A stretch of 63,862 nt of DNA, filler included, from Octopus bimaculoides (GCF_001194135.2; 4 parts of 4 records of this genome joined end to end with filler, not necessarily neighbours in it); one strand, 5' to 3'; shown: positions 33,986-46,240, counted from the first letter of the whole stretch. Notes: generated by a model not told the origin, from the letters alone. Program-made: numbers and translations.

Positions 33986-34900
33986 CAGCGAATGCGTAGG
34001 CAAGATGAAGTTGTAGTGGAGGAGAGGTTGGCCAATCAATATAATGTAGAAAACCTTGAAATAAGAGAGGATATGACCGAAGAACAGAGAAACCTCAGGA
34101 AAAGACTCGAGGATATATGAATTACAAGAATCGAGACCAAACCGGTGAATCTAAGAAGCTTCGATCGTAACAATGTGAGACGCGTGACCCAAAAATTTGA
34201 TGAAATTCTGAAATATATTCTGACAAAAGATCTAATAGAAACGAGGGACTTTATTAGATCCTCTTCAATTTTAGTAGGTGAAGTGGTTGGAAAGAAAGAG
34301 GGGGAAGTTGACGGACAGAAGGAGGCCATGGTAGAAGGGGAGAATTGATAGAGATATTCTAATTTTGCGTAAAGATCTGAGCCGCATAGAAGAGAGGTCA
34401 AAAGGGCAATGGAAAAATGGAAAAGAAAGTGCAAGGGCATATCTTGATGTGAGGTACCAAATAAAAAGGAAAGGGTTCAAAACGGTCATCGAAACCCCTA
34501 AAACAACGTGTTCGGGCTAAAACATTAAAAGATGCAGTGCTACACTGATTGTATATCGCAGTTCCAGCTAAACCGATTATTCTCAAACAACGAGAGGCAG
34601 TTTTTTAAGGGCTGACAAATACAAACAAGAAATCATACTACCTAATAAAGAAGAAGAAGAAGAAGAAGAAGAAGAAGAAGAAGAAGAAGAAGAAGAAGAA
34701 GAAGAAGAAGAAGAAGAAGAAGAAGAAGAAACAAAAGCTATAAAACAAATGAAATCCAAACTAAAACTAGAACAGCAACGGACCATGATATAACGATGGC
34801 AAGAAAAGCCCCTACATGGCAAATACTGGGCTAAAGTAAATGCAAAAGAAATAGACAGAGAAAAATCCCAGCAATGGCTGAGAAGCTCAGGACTCAAAGC
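33986..34900 (+). mobile_element. R4/Dong-type LINE relic: N-terminal region joined to post-RT region
   Basis: KEPW*KGRIDRDILILRKDLSRI...VIETLKQRVRAK...QLNRLFSNNERQFFK, then ADKYKQEIILPNK(E)27TKAIKQ...RWQEKPLHGKYW...SQQWLRSSGLK; preceded by (AAT)n at 33923-33985. Confidence 0.8.
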
Positions 34901-35346
34901 GTTCCATCATCGCCATTGCTATTGTAGTAATTATTGTTGTTGCTGTTGTTGTTATTGTTGTTATTTCAACCCTTTCTTTCTCTTATTGTTATCATTATTA
35001 TTGTTACTGTGTTATTAGCAATTTATGTAACAGTTGCAGTTTTACTTTTAGCTGTTACTGCACTTATGGCTGCCACTGCTGCTGCTGCACTTTTCGGTTG
35101 CACCTGTCGCTATTTCCGTTCTTGAACCATTTAATGTTGTTGTTGCAGCTGCTGCACAGACTCTTGTTGTTGTTGCTGTTGTTGCTGACGATGATGATGA
35201 TCATAATGATGTTGCTGCATCTCTTGTTATTGTCATCAGTCGTTACTCTACACCAATAATTGCAGTTTAATGATGCAGACATGTTTTCAAGCGGATGCTA
35301 GAAGACAATATTGAATGTCATACGGGAGTTGGCACTAATACCACAC

Positions 35347-35414
<68 letters not shown>

Positions 35415-35634
35415 ACACACACATATATAGACATACGCACATATACATGTATATATATATATATATGTACTTATAGATACTTAAAAGTTCCGTTCTAGTT
35501 AAGCGTGCAAATGCACTTCATACGTAGAGACAAATAATATTAGCTTCTGTTTAGCGTTCATTTCTCATATGTGTGTGAGTGTGTTTGTTTATAATATGTT
35601 TTCATGTACGCATGTATGTATATATGTATGTATG

Positions 35635-36008
35635 CAGTGGCGGACTGGCCAGGTTGCCAACTTGCCCGATGGCAAGTGGGCCCCTGCGCCATTAGAATCC
35701 ATATATGGGGGGGCCCATGTTAGTATTTAAGGGGCCCATCCCCTCAAGTTTGAGAATTTTTTATTCACTCCTGGAAGAATTAATTGTTTCAGCCTGGCTG
35801 TGTTTGTAGGCAGTTGAAAGGAATACTTTTAACAAAAAAAATTAAATCATAGCATTTGTAGTTGCGGGTGGGCCCCCTTGTAGCTGCGGAAGGGCCCCTT
35901 GTAGCTGCGGATGGGCCCTCTTGTAACTGCGGGTGAGCCCCCTTGTAGTTGCAGATGGGTCCCCTTAGTCTCCTGGCAACCAATATTTTTAGACCCAGTC
36001 CGCCACTA
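35635..36008. mobile_element. hAT-type MITE
   Basis: 14-bp TIR CAGTGGCGGACTGG / CCAGTCCGCCACTA; 8-bp TSD TATGTATG / TATGAATG; GGGCCCC subterminal motifs; four ~21-bp internal tandem units at 35870-35965. Confidence 0.85.
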
Positions 36009-36429
36009 TATGAATGTATAATGGATCTGCGTCGATTTCAACCATGAATAAATGAGTATTCAGTTATTCGATCAATTGAACTCCCTGCTCGTTGAATTAG
36101 CAGAATAAAAGGAACCAGCAGTGTTGATATTAATAGTGCGATAAGGCTGGTCCTTTAAATTACAGGTTTAATTCATGCACACAGTTTCTACCCACTGATT
36201 ATCTCAACGATTGGTACGGTTAGACATGCATTTAAATCAAACCTAGCATCTTGTGATTACAAAGCGAACGCTTTAACCATTTGACCATACATACATACAT
36301 GCATACATACATACATACATACAAAAATGATCTGAACCGGTAGTGTGATTCCGGAACGAAAGTTAGAACGATGTGTTCATTTAATCATTGTAAAAACATA
36401 CGGAGCGACAGTTTTCTCTGCAGCTTATC

Positions 36430-37710
36430 TCTAAAAAAGTATCGAAGTATCTCTTGAGGGATCCATTGCAGTGTTTGATGATTCCAGCTCAAAAACCGCT
36501 TTTATAATCTTTCCTGTCGGCTGTTGTTAGCACAGTTCTTGCTTTTCTGTGCTACGAATTATCTTTCATTTTTCCCAAACTATTTTGCAGGACAGGTTTT
36601 AGGTTTTCGCATTCTTCATGACCATTCGGACTGGGAAAATGAGCAAAAAGTAGTCCGTGGAGCTCCTGTTTCCTTTGAAGCAAGTCACAAACTACTACAT
36701 CATCTTGCAGAAACCAATCTTCAATTTCCCATTGTTCTAAAATCAAGATTTGTTGATTCTGTTTCATAAACCTTCAAGTTAAAATCATTCCTTAACTCAA
36801 GGATGATGCAAATTATTACATTCTGATTGTTTTGAAATGAAACAAAGGATTTTAAATTACATATTAAGAAGTATAAAAGGTGGCTTACTTCTTATATCAC
36901 TTCAAATGCAAGTCTACTTTGGCCTGTGGAACTCTATGATCAGTCCAGCATTCTGCTTCTTTCATCGTGCCTAAACTAAGAATGTCTTTTTGATCAGCTG
37001 TGCGCGCAATAAGATAATCTATAAGGCGATAATATTTAGACATCGGATGCATTCGAGTAGCCTTATATTTAATTTTCTGTTTGGAAAAGGGACCAGAAAT
37101 AGAACGATTGTGTTCAGTACAGAAAGTCAACACAACTAAACTATTACGATTACATTTTCCTAAGCCGGTCTTTCCCAAGAACTAGCCAAGTTTGAAAATC
37201 ATTCCTTACTCTCTGGCATTAAAATATCCCGTAATTATTAGTTTAGCAGTTTTAGGTATTGATTGCAATAGATTTCCAAGTTCCTTTTCGATTAGTTCTA
37301 CGAATTCTATGGTGTGTGGCATAGTTGGTGCATATACGCTTTCAATGGTGAGAAACATGTTATTCCTCAGTTCTATGCGACAAGAAATAATTCGTTCTGA
37401 TAAACCACAAGAATATTCTTCAAGTGACGATAATTGTATATTTATCAGAAAACCTACTCCTGATTCACTACACTCCTTTCTAATGCAGTCATTTCTAAAA
37501 GAATAACCACTCAGTGGTTATTCTTCTATTCTAAAAGAATAGCCACTCCCGTCTTCAGAAAGATGTCCTACATCGTCGAGACAAGTTCAGAACAGCTGCT
37601 ATATCAATGTTTTACCGTTTGATTTTATGAGTGTTGTACAGAATTCGAGACGATTACCTGTCTTCTTATCACTTAGTGTGCGCACATTCCAACAGGACAA
37701 GTTCATTTTA
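36430..37710 (-). mobile_element. RTE-BovB-type LINE AP-endonuclease region, degenerate
   Basis: MNLSCWNVRTLSDKK...GHLSEDGSGYSF...GLGKCNRNSLVVLTFCTEHN...HPMSKYYRLIDYLI...AECWTDHR. Confidence 0.88.
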
Positions 37711-37763
37711 CGCTGATAAGGCTTTTTTTTTTTTTTGTCTTTCTATTTTATATATTTGTCACA

Positions 37764-38149
37764 TTGTGGAGGAGCAATAGCCCAGTGGTTAGGGCAGCGG
37801 ACTCGCAGTCATATGATCGCGTTTTCGATTCCTAGACCGGGCGTCGTGAGTGCTTATTGAGTGCAAACACCTAAATCTCCAAAAGGCTTTGGCAGTGGGG
37901 TGACGAACCTTGCTGTATTCTTTCACCACAACTTTCTCTCACTCTTTCTTCCTGTTTCTGTTGTACCTGTAATTCAAAGGGGTCAGCCTTGTCACATTCT
38001 GTGTCACGCTGAATCTCCCCGAGAACTACATTTTAAGGGTACACGTGTCTGTGGAGTGCTCAGCCACTTGCACGTGAATTTCACGAGCAAGCCGTTCTGT
38101 TGATCGGATCAACTGGAACCTTTGTCGTCGTAACCGACGGAGTGCTACG
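37764..38149 (+). mobile_element. SINE-C, full length, with 10-bp TSD
   Basis: A box TAGCCCAGTGG, B box GTTTTCGATTCC, tail CCGACGGAGTGC; ATTTGTCACA at 37754-37763 and 38150-38159. Confidence 0.92.
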
Positions 38150-38159
38150 ATTTGTCACA

Positions 38160-38460
38160 GTATTTTATACATTTACCACAAGGCACGGCCTGTGACAACC
38201 TGGAGCCCCAGCCAGGCCACGTCTGTTTACCTTTGGATCCCAGGCTCTTATTGCCATTTACTGAATCTGATTGAGAGATTTTCATTAAGTTTTTGCATTG
38301 TTAGGGGTTACTGCCAACCATTTTGCTGATGTTATGTGAACGAGAAGAACCTGTACAAACAGTATTTTGTAAGAGGAGTGCAGACTGCACAGCATTTCCC
38401 CTGTTTTGGGGTCAATAGACCTACCTTCAGGGTGACATTTAAAACTAACAGAGTGATGCT
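38160..38460 (-). mobile_element. Probable 5' UTR of the RTE element interrupted by SINE-C
   Basis: Lies directly upstream of the endonuclease start once the TSD-bounded SINE is removed; GC-richer than its flanks. Confidence 0.4.
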
Positions 38461-38689
38461 TTAGAAACACCAGATTTTGAATTTAGAGATTTCTTTTTAG
38501 ATATAAAGAATTTAAAAACAAAAGGAGAATATAAATATATATAAAGAATATAAAATACAAAGTTCCAGTATTCTTTATATATACACCCATATGCACGATA
38601 TATACATATGTACACCCTGTTGGATAACTGTTGATTCTCACAAGTTCCTCCGCCCTTTCATACATCCGCCCTTTCATACATACATGCAT

Positions 38690-38947
38690 ACATGCATACA
38701 TACACACACATGTATGTATGTATGTGTGAATGTATTTATGAATGTATATGTATGTGTATGTATGTATGTATATGTATGAATTTATGAATGTATGTGTATA
38801 TGTATGTATATATATGTATATGTATGTATGTATGCATGTAGATATATATATATGTATTTATGAATGTATGTGTGTGTGTGTATGTATGTATGTATGTATA
38901 TGTATGCATGTATATATATACATATGTATGTATTTATGAATTATGTG

Positions 38948-38979
<32 letters not shown>

Positions 38980-39070
38980 CGTATGTATGTATATATATAT
39001 GTATGTATATATATATGTATATGTATGTATGTATATAAACACTTACATACAAGTGTACGTACATACAAGC
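38690..39070. repeat. Degenerate (TATG)n/(TA)n microsatellite field
   Basis: Direct reading; one of dozens of (TA)n, (CA)n, (GA)n, (TATG)n and (GATA)n tracts. Confidence 0.95.
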
Positions 39071-39148
39071 ATGCAAATGCAAAGAAATATGCATATAGTT
39101 GTCTCCCTCTTTCCCACTCCCTCTCTCTCTTTCTCTCTCTATATATAC

Positions 39149-39180
<32 letters not shown>

Positions 39181-39864
39181 ATGTATATGTATGTATTTAC
39201 CTACCTACCGACGCACATACCCACCTACCCACCTACCTACCCATCCACCTACCCTACATATATATACAAACCCATTGTAACTCAGACACTCACTTATACA
39301 CAAACACCTACGGATTGACATAACCACACCTAAAGCCTGTCCCCAACAACATCAGCCGACGTAACAATAGCCCTAGAGGGACCCCTGTCAGCCCCTGTGG
39401 CGCCAACAGACCCTGTGGAGGGGGAAGAGCTCGGCGCCACATACTGCAGTAGATTTCCTTTCTTTCTAAAGGCCTACTTGCCCCCACCCCTTCCACTTGT
39501 GATTACTCTCTAACGAACAGTGGTACACTTACTACCACAACCAGCACTACTGCTGACACTACTGCTTTTAGCACTGTAACCACTACCACCACTACCACCA
39601 TCATCACTATCCTCAACACCAATAGCAACACTATTAGCGTTATGACCAACGGTGCCACTTTTACCACTGCTACCGTCGCCATTACCGAGGTGTCGTCAAC
39701 AACGATGCTATACCACTGTTATAGGGTGTCGCGAAAGGTCTGGTTGGTGGCCCAGCTTTCCGAGTTCTTTTTACGGGGCTTAGAAAAACTGAAGGGCCGC
39801 TGCAATGAGCCCGTCGTCTATGTATTTATATATGTGTGTGTATATCTACGTATATATGTTTTTG

Positions 39865-40040
39865 TGATGTGTTTGTCTCCCCATCGCTTTAGAAGCGGTG
39901 CTGGTTTGTTTACGGATACGATAGAATAAGTACCGAACTTTAAAGATAAGTCCTGGGGTCGATTTGTTTGACTAAAACCTTCAAGGAGGTACTCCAGTAT
40001 GGTCACAGTCCAATGACTGAAACAAGTAAAAGATAAAAGA
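39865..40040 (+). mobile_element. SINE-B 3' part
   Basis: GTCCTGGGGTCGATTTGTTTGACTAAA...GACTGAAACAAGTAAAAGATAAAAG. Confidence 0.8.
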
Positions 40041-40547
40041 TGTGTTTGTCTTACCGATTTTGACCCTCCGCAAAATCCCAAAATTAATTTAATTTGCTTT
40101 GCAGGAGCAACTGTTTTATCGAATGCCTATATTGTTGTTAAATGCTCGAAATACGAGACTAGAAAACACAGCCAACAACTGATGAAGGGTCGTTCTTTAT
40201 GCTGTTTGTCTTGTTTTCCATTTGTGTCTTTCGTTGTTCGAAAAAATAGTTCATATTCCATGTACTCGTACTTCGTATTTTTTGTTGTACACGTTTCATG
40301 ATGTCCTATGCCCACATATGCANNNNNNNNNNNNNNNNNNNNNNNNNNNNNNNNNNNNNNNNNNNNNNNNNNNNNNNNNNNNNNNNNNNNNNNNNNNNNN
40401 NNNNNNNNNNNNNNNNNNNNNNNNNNNNNNNNNNNNNNNNNNNNNNNNNNNNNNNNNNNNNNNNNNNNNNNNNNNNNNNNNNNNNNNNNNNNNNNNNNNN
40501 NNNNNNNNNNNNNNNNNNNNNNNNNNNNNNATATATATATATATACA

Positions 40548-40910
40548 CAGTAATATACATCTGGAAGATCCTGGAAGGAATTGTGTCAAATTTTGGCATT
40601 GAAAACTACACCAATGCCAGAACTGGTCGCCACTGCACAGTGCCAAAGATTCCAGTAATGCCATTGCGCTTCAGGACGAGTTATTGCAACATCCTGGGTT
40701 TCAGGGGGCCACAGCTTTTTAATATTCTCTCAAAGAGCCCGATGGACCTGCACAAAGTAGATGTAGGGGTTTTTAAATCAAAACTGGACCTCTTCCTGTC
40801 AAGAGTCCCAGATGAAATTACCTCACGGCAGGAGGTGCAAATGAGGGTAGCGACATCAAACTCCATTCTTCACCAAATGCCACATGTTAGAGGAGGCTTT
40901 CAGTAATAAC
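40548..40910 (+). mobile_element. CR1/L2-group LINE ORF2 C-terminus (second subfamily)
   Basis: IYIWKILEGIVSNFGI...GRHCTVPKIP...GFRGPQLFNIL...FKSKLDLFLSRVPDE. Confidence 0.85.
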
Positions 40911-41233
40911 AGTGTAGCAACATGGCGGTGCATCAGCATGGCCGCAGCTCTAAGCTGAAACTATAGAAAACAATATATNNNNNNNNNNNNNNNNNNNNNN
41001 NNNNNNNNNNNNNNNNNNNNNNNNNNNNNNNNNNNNNNNNNNNNNNNNNNNNNNNNNNNNNNNNNNNNNNNNNNNTATATATATATATGTATGTATATAT
41101 ATACATATACATACAAATACACACACATATGTACATATATATATATATATATATACATATACATATGTATTTATATATACATACATGTATATACATACAC
41201 ACACACACATACATACATACATGCATGCAAAAC

Positions 41234-41560
41234 TGGCACTCCGTCGGTTACGACGACGAGGGTCCCAGCTGATCCGATCAACAGAACAGCTTGCTCGTGA
41301 AATTGACGTGCAAGTGGCTGAGCACTCCACAGACAAGCGTACCCTTAACGCAGTTCTTAGGGGTGATTCAGTGTGACACAGAATGTGACAAGGCTGATCC
41401 CCTTTTATATTACAGGTACAACTCGGTTTTGCCAGCAGAGCGGATTGGAGCAACGTGAAATGAAGTGTCTTGCTCAAGGACACAACGCGTCGCCGGGAAT
41501 TGAACTCACGACCTTACGATCGCGAGCCGAATACTCCTAACCACTAAACCACGTACCTTC
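41234..41560 (-). mobile_element. SINE-C variant with CORE/V-like GTGTCCTTGAGCAAGACACTT insert
   Basis: Different head and middle, same 3' half as SINE-C; second copy at 58385-58700. Confidence 0.85.
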
Positions 41561-42619
41561 ACTCATACACACACACACACACACAATTCCGTATGATACT
41601 CTCACTCTTTCTCCCATTTATATAACTGCATAGCTACACTCTTTCCTTTCTTTCGTTCTATCATTCTTTGACTTTCTCTTTCTCTGTTTCTCTCTGTTTC
41701 TCTCTTTTTCACTCTTTTTCTCTGTTCTTATTTCTCTCTCTCTCTCCACTCTCTCCTCCCTCCCTCTCTATTCTCTAACACAAGATACCTAAACCCTACT
41801 CCCACCCCGTCCGCTGTGTTATACCACTTGCACAGTGATCGTCGTTGTTGTGTTTGTTGTTGTTAAAGCCACCTTCTTCACATATAAAGGAACCTCTTCT
41901 TCTTTAATCCCCTCCACTACTCCACCACCCTCTCCCGACATCACAACAGATATGGTCCTTGGTGTAATACAACAGTCCCGTCCCCCTTACCACGACCGCC
42001 ACCACGAGCACCCCGCCCATCCCACTAATACCAAATTAGTTTAGATTTAACCACAAACGTCAACCGCATCAACTATTCTTGTCTAAATATTCCTTTTATG
42101 CGAGATTCCTTTTATCTTATCTAATTCTATCACACTTCACTATTTATAGCCTTCCATACTTCTCTATTTATAGTCTTCCATACTCACCTTTCACACAACT
42201 TCCTTATTTGTTCATTCTAACACACAGCTTTCTCTTTATCTCCCTATTTTTACACTCACTAATCAACACTTTCTAATCACAAATTCCATTGAAATGTCTT
42301 CACTAAATCTATATTATGTGTTATCTGAGCGGTTCTTACTTATTCGACATACATTTTTCGTGTTTCGCGATGACGTAGTCTTGAGGTCGATCCCACTGCA
42401 GATTTCCTTTCAATGAATATCTTCTGCTTTAGTCTCGATGAGTTAACCCAAGCTTTGTAAATGAAATTCGGTTTACATGAAAATATATAGAATGCTGTCG
42501 GCTGGAATCTGCCTGTTTTGGCGCGAAGGGCATTAGATTTATTTCGCCTCCCTCTCTAAGAGTTGCCTTCTTGTTCATAGATGTATTTAGGAGTAGCTGC
42601 TTTGATGTAGCTCTTCTTC

Positions 42620-42767
42620 TGTGACAGACTTTAATTTACATTATTTACATTATTTACATTTGACGGATATTTGTCCTCATCTTGTTTCGGCTGATATATC
42701 CTCCAGCCTTCATCAAGTGTCTTGGAGAAATTTTGAACCTGGGTTCTCATTCCTAAAGTATTTTCAA

Positions 42768-42845
<78 letters not shown>

Positions 42846-42930
42846 TATTTAGGTCCCTGCCTGGAATCGAACCGGGTTAGTATCTTGGGGTTAGTAGCCC
42901 GCGCTCTTAACCACTACGTCATATGTCCGT
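42620..42930 (-). mobile_element. SINE-D, full head, hammerhead disrupted by an ~18-bp deletion
   Basis: Head ATGACGTAGTGGTTAAGAGCGCGGGCTACTAACCCC...GGTTCGATTCC, (AAT)n, tail GACAC TTGATGA AGGCTG..CAGCC GAAAC|AAGATGAGG. Confidence 0.88.
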
Positions 42931-42951
42931 AATAATAATAATAATAATAAC

Positions 42952-43003
<52 letters not shown>

Positions 43004-43195
43004 TCGAAAAATACCTTAGGAATGAGAACCCAGGTTCGAAATTTCCCCAAGACACCTGATGAAGGCTGGAGGGTATATCGACCGAAACATTGTGTTAAGA
43101 ACAAACAAGATGAGGACAAATTTCTGTCAAATGTAAGTAATGTAAATAATGTAAATAAAGTACATAATTCTTTCATCTCTTAAATATCGAACTGA
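42931..43195 (+). mobile_element. SINE-D, headless, inverted against the preceding copy
   Basis: Starts in (AAT)n; tail homologous to the other two copies. Confidence 0.88.
43051..43096 (+). ncRNA. Minimal type I hammerhead motif in the SINE-D tail
   Basis: GACAC CTGATGA A GGCTG-(10 nt)-CGACC GAAA CAT T GTGTT; CG replaced by CA in stem III, two changes in stem II. Confidence 0.55.
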
Positions 43196-43688
43196 CTTTA
43201 ATTTGTTTCCCGGTTCGACTCCTCCACCTGGTCCTTGGTGACATGTATCGAATGGAAACTGAGAATATTGAGATCTTCCACTTCTCTTCATACAATTCTC
43301 GGAGGTTCTGTAATAAAAGCCTTTGATGTTGCCGTTTGCTCTTTGACTAAATCATAAAAGCACTTCAAGTCATTCTTTAATTGAAAAATTGCTATTATTC
43401 ATACCTGTCTTCTATCACATACCAATGAGAAAAGCTCTGCGAAATCGAGAGGAATGGTCACGGCTGGAATATCTTTTATCATGGGTCTCTTATTAATTGA
43501 CAGGTGTTCAAATCGTACGTTAGTTGTACCAGAGCCTATGAATGACATGAATTCATTCACTCCTGTCTGATGAAACTACAAGAACAAAATTTAAAAAACA
43601 ATTCTCTGCTGTCATCGTTTTAGTTTTACTGCTATTGCTTGCTGTTGTTGTTTATTGTTGGTTTCGTTGTTGTTGTTGTTGCTGTTGT

Positions 43689-44068
43689 GGAGGCGCAATG
43701 GGCCAGTGGTTAGGGCAGCGGAATCGCGGTCATAGGATCGCGGTTTCGATTCCCAGATAGGGTGTTATGAGTGTTTATTGAGCGAAAACACCTAAATCTC
43801 CACGAGGCTCCGGCAGGGGATGGTGGCGAACCCTGCTGTACTCTTTCACCACAACTTTCTCTCACTCTTTCTTCCTGTTTCTGTTGTACCTGTAATTCAA
43901 AGGGCCAGCCTTGTCACACTGTGTCATGCTGAATATCCCCGAGAACTACGTTAAGAGTACACGTGTCTGTGGAGTGCTCAGCCACTTGCACGTTAATTTC
44001 ACGATCAGGCTGTTGATCGGATCAACTGGAACCCTCGAAGTCGTAAGCGACGGAGTGCCAACAACAAC
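43689..44068 (+). mobile_element. SINE-C, full length, (CAA)n tail
   Basis: GGAGGCGCAATGGGCCAGTGG...GGTTTCGATTCC...CGACGGAGTGCCAACAACAAC. Confidence 0.92.
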
Positions 44069-44508
44069 GTTGTTGCTGTTGTTGCTGTGTAGTGCCAGGT
44101 CAGCCCTATGACATCCAATCAGTCGACCGAACGACTAACTTTCACTCACAGATCATCGATTCCAAATGTCCTCATGATGTCACCAAGCTGAGGACCATAC
44201 TGGTCACTCCCACCCGCCAGCATTAATCGCATGGGCATCTGTGTTACAGTCTGAACATTCTGCACCCTTTCCGTTGTCCAATATAGATTAAAGTGATGGT
44301 CACAGAAGAAGTAGCCAAGATCCGATCAATTTCATTTCTTAAATACTTATTTAGTTTTCTTACCAGCAAACCCAAGTTTTTCTTTTTAAGTTCTGGCCCT
44401 GGACCATAAATTCTGCTCTCACAACCTACATTTTAAGCAAACTTCAAAACCTAAAACTGCCCTCTTCGATCTCGACTACATCTTTGTTTTGTTATAATGG
44501 AACTTGTA

Positions 44509-44725
44509 AGGTGAGCTGGCAGAATCGTTAGCGCGCCGGGCGAAATGCTTAGAGGTATTTCGACTGTCTTTACGTTCTGAGTTCAAATTCTGCCGAGGTC
44601 GACTTTGCCTTTCATCCTTTCGGGGTTGATGAATTAAGCACCAGTTGCGTACTGGGGTCGATCTAATCGACTGGTACCCGCCCCCAAAATTATGGGCTTT
44701 GTGCCTAGAGTAGAAAAGAATAATC
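44509..44725 (+). mobile_element. SINE-A, full length, with 12-bp TSD
   Basis: ATGGAACTTGTA at 44497-44508 and 44726-44737. Confidence 0.93.
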
Positions 44726-44869
44726 ATGGAACTTGTATTTTATGTCCCTTTACACTAAAACTTCAATTCAATTACTTCTAGAGACACTCAGATTCCTTTA
44801 TTTGCCCCAATTATCTTAAAACGATTTAAAATATAATTTTTGCCCCTTTCTTGTTGTGCATCTATAAAA

Positions 44870-45230
44870 TATGCCCTTATTGATGGCCTCACCAGAATTG
44901 TCGAAACTGACGAGACAGTATTTCCAAGGAGAAAATATTACAAAGGTCGAATGTTACCTAGACACTGGATTTCCATCAATGTGTGTTGTGAAACATGTGA
45001 GGTATTTCTGGACACTTTGCCTTTACTGGATCGTGACACGCTGGGAGAGTTCATTCGATAATCGATTCTACCGGGAACAACGATATTCAGCGATCGCACA
45101 TTCCAGAGATTCCAGGTTACTAATTTCTTCACAGAACTGTGAACTCACAAAACACGACCCACATTCAATGACAATGTTAATGCTGTTCCCATGGTAAAAG
45201 ACATTAGTGACTTCCGGTACGTCGACCCTG
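44870..45230 (+). mobile_element. Merlin (IS1595/IS1016-like) transposase relic
   Basis: IDGLTRIVETDETVFPRRKYYKGRML..HW...LDRDTLGEFIR*SILPGTTIFSD...HRTVN...YVDP fits VEIDES-F-KRKY-RGR...TL--I---I-PGT-I-SD...H-TVNHS..FVDP. Confidence 0.8.
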
Positions 45231-45869
45231 GACGCTTCTGATTGGCTAATATTACTTAACTTCAGAGTCTTATAACTTTTATATTCTTAATTATGGAGAA
45301 AAATGAATGTAATTTTTGCCACAGCATGCAAAACTACATCAGTATAGTAAATCTGAAAAAATACTGCTGGCTGGGAAAAAAATTAAAACATGTCCAATCA
45401 CGAATGTCGTCTGCTTCCAGTTTTCTTTACTAATTTAAGTCTCAAATATAAGTTCCCCTTTATTTTGTTTTCCTTATTTGTCCATGTTGTAAACTAATAG
45501 CTAACTACTTGTATTTGAGTGTTTCTTCTCGCTCCTTTATTACTACGTCTTTGAATTTATTTCATTCTGCGGGCAATCAAGATTTTGAGTTTTCTTAACT
45601 CAATTTTTTTTTCAACTTAATCTTTAAACTATTTGGAATACAAGCCCACCCCACCCCACCGCCAATTAGTTGTTGACCTTTGACTATTTATCCTTCATAC
45701 ACAATAGATATCCTCTTGGTTCTCCACAGCAGATGCAGTCATAATCAGTCCGGTTCAGAAGCGATGTCAGCAATAGGCAAGAATGTAAAAGGTTAGCGAA
45801 TGACCTCGAAACTTTTCTCATTTTTCGTTGCCTCGGAACTAATCAGCTTTTTATCTTTTCTTCACTATT

Positions 45870-45936
<67 letters not shown>

Positions 45937-46204
45937 GCTATCTCTCTCTCTCCCTCTCTNNNNNNNNNNNNNNNNNNNNNNNNNNNNNNNNNNNNNNNNN
46001 NNNNNNNNNNNNNNNNNNNNNNNNNNNNNNNNNNNNNNNNNNNNNNNNNNNNNNNNNNNNNNNNNNNNNNNNNNNNNNNNNNNNNNNNNNNNNNNNNNNN
46101 NNNNNNNNNNNNNNNNNNNNNNNNNNNNNNNNNNNNNNNNNNNNNNNNNNNNNNNNNNNNNNNNNNNNNNNNNNNNNNNNNNNNNNNNCTCTCTCTCTCT
46201 CTTC

Positions 46205-46240
<36 letters not shown>

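Noticed and set aside
37764-37840. SINE heads as functional tRNA genes
   Set aside because: A and B boxes are present, but there is no acceptor-stem closure or proper cloverleaf, and each continues into a SINE body
38285-38470. IDPKTGEMLCSLH as a WD40-like exon
   Set aside because: No coherent splice and frame support; better explained as the RTE 5' UTR
43235-43440. Minus-strand micro-exon ELFSLVCDRRQ (SLC22-like LVCDR) plus a downstream open segment
   Set aside because: The acceptor lies in a repeat-derived segment, the implied intron is only ~58 nt, the downstream peptide is unrecognisable and no other transporter exons are seen
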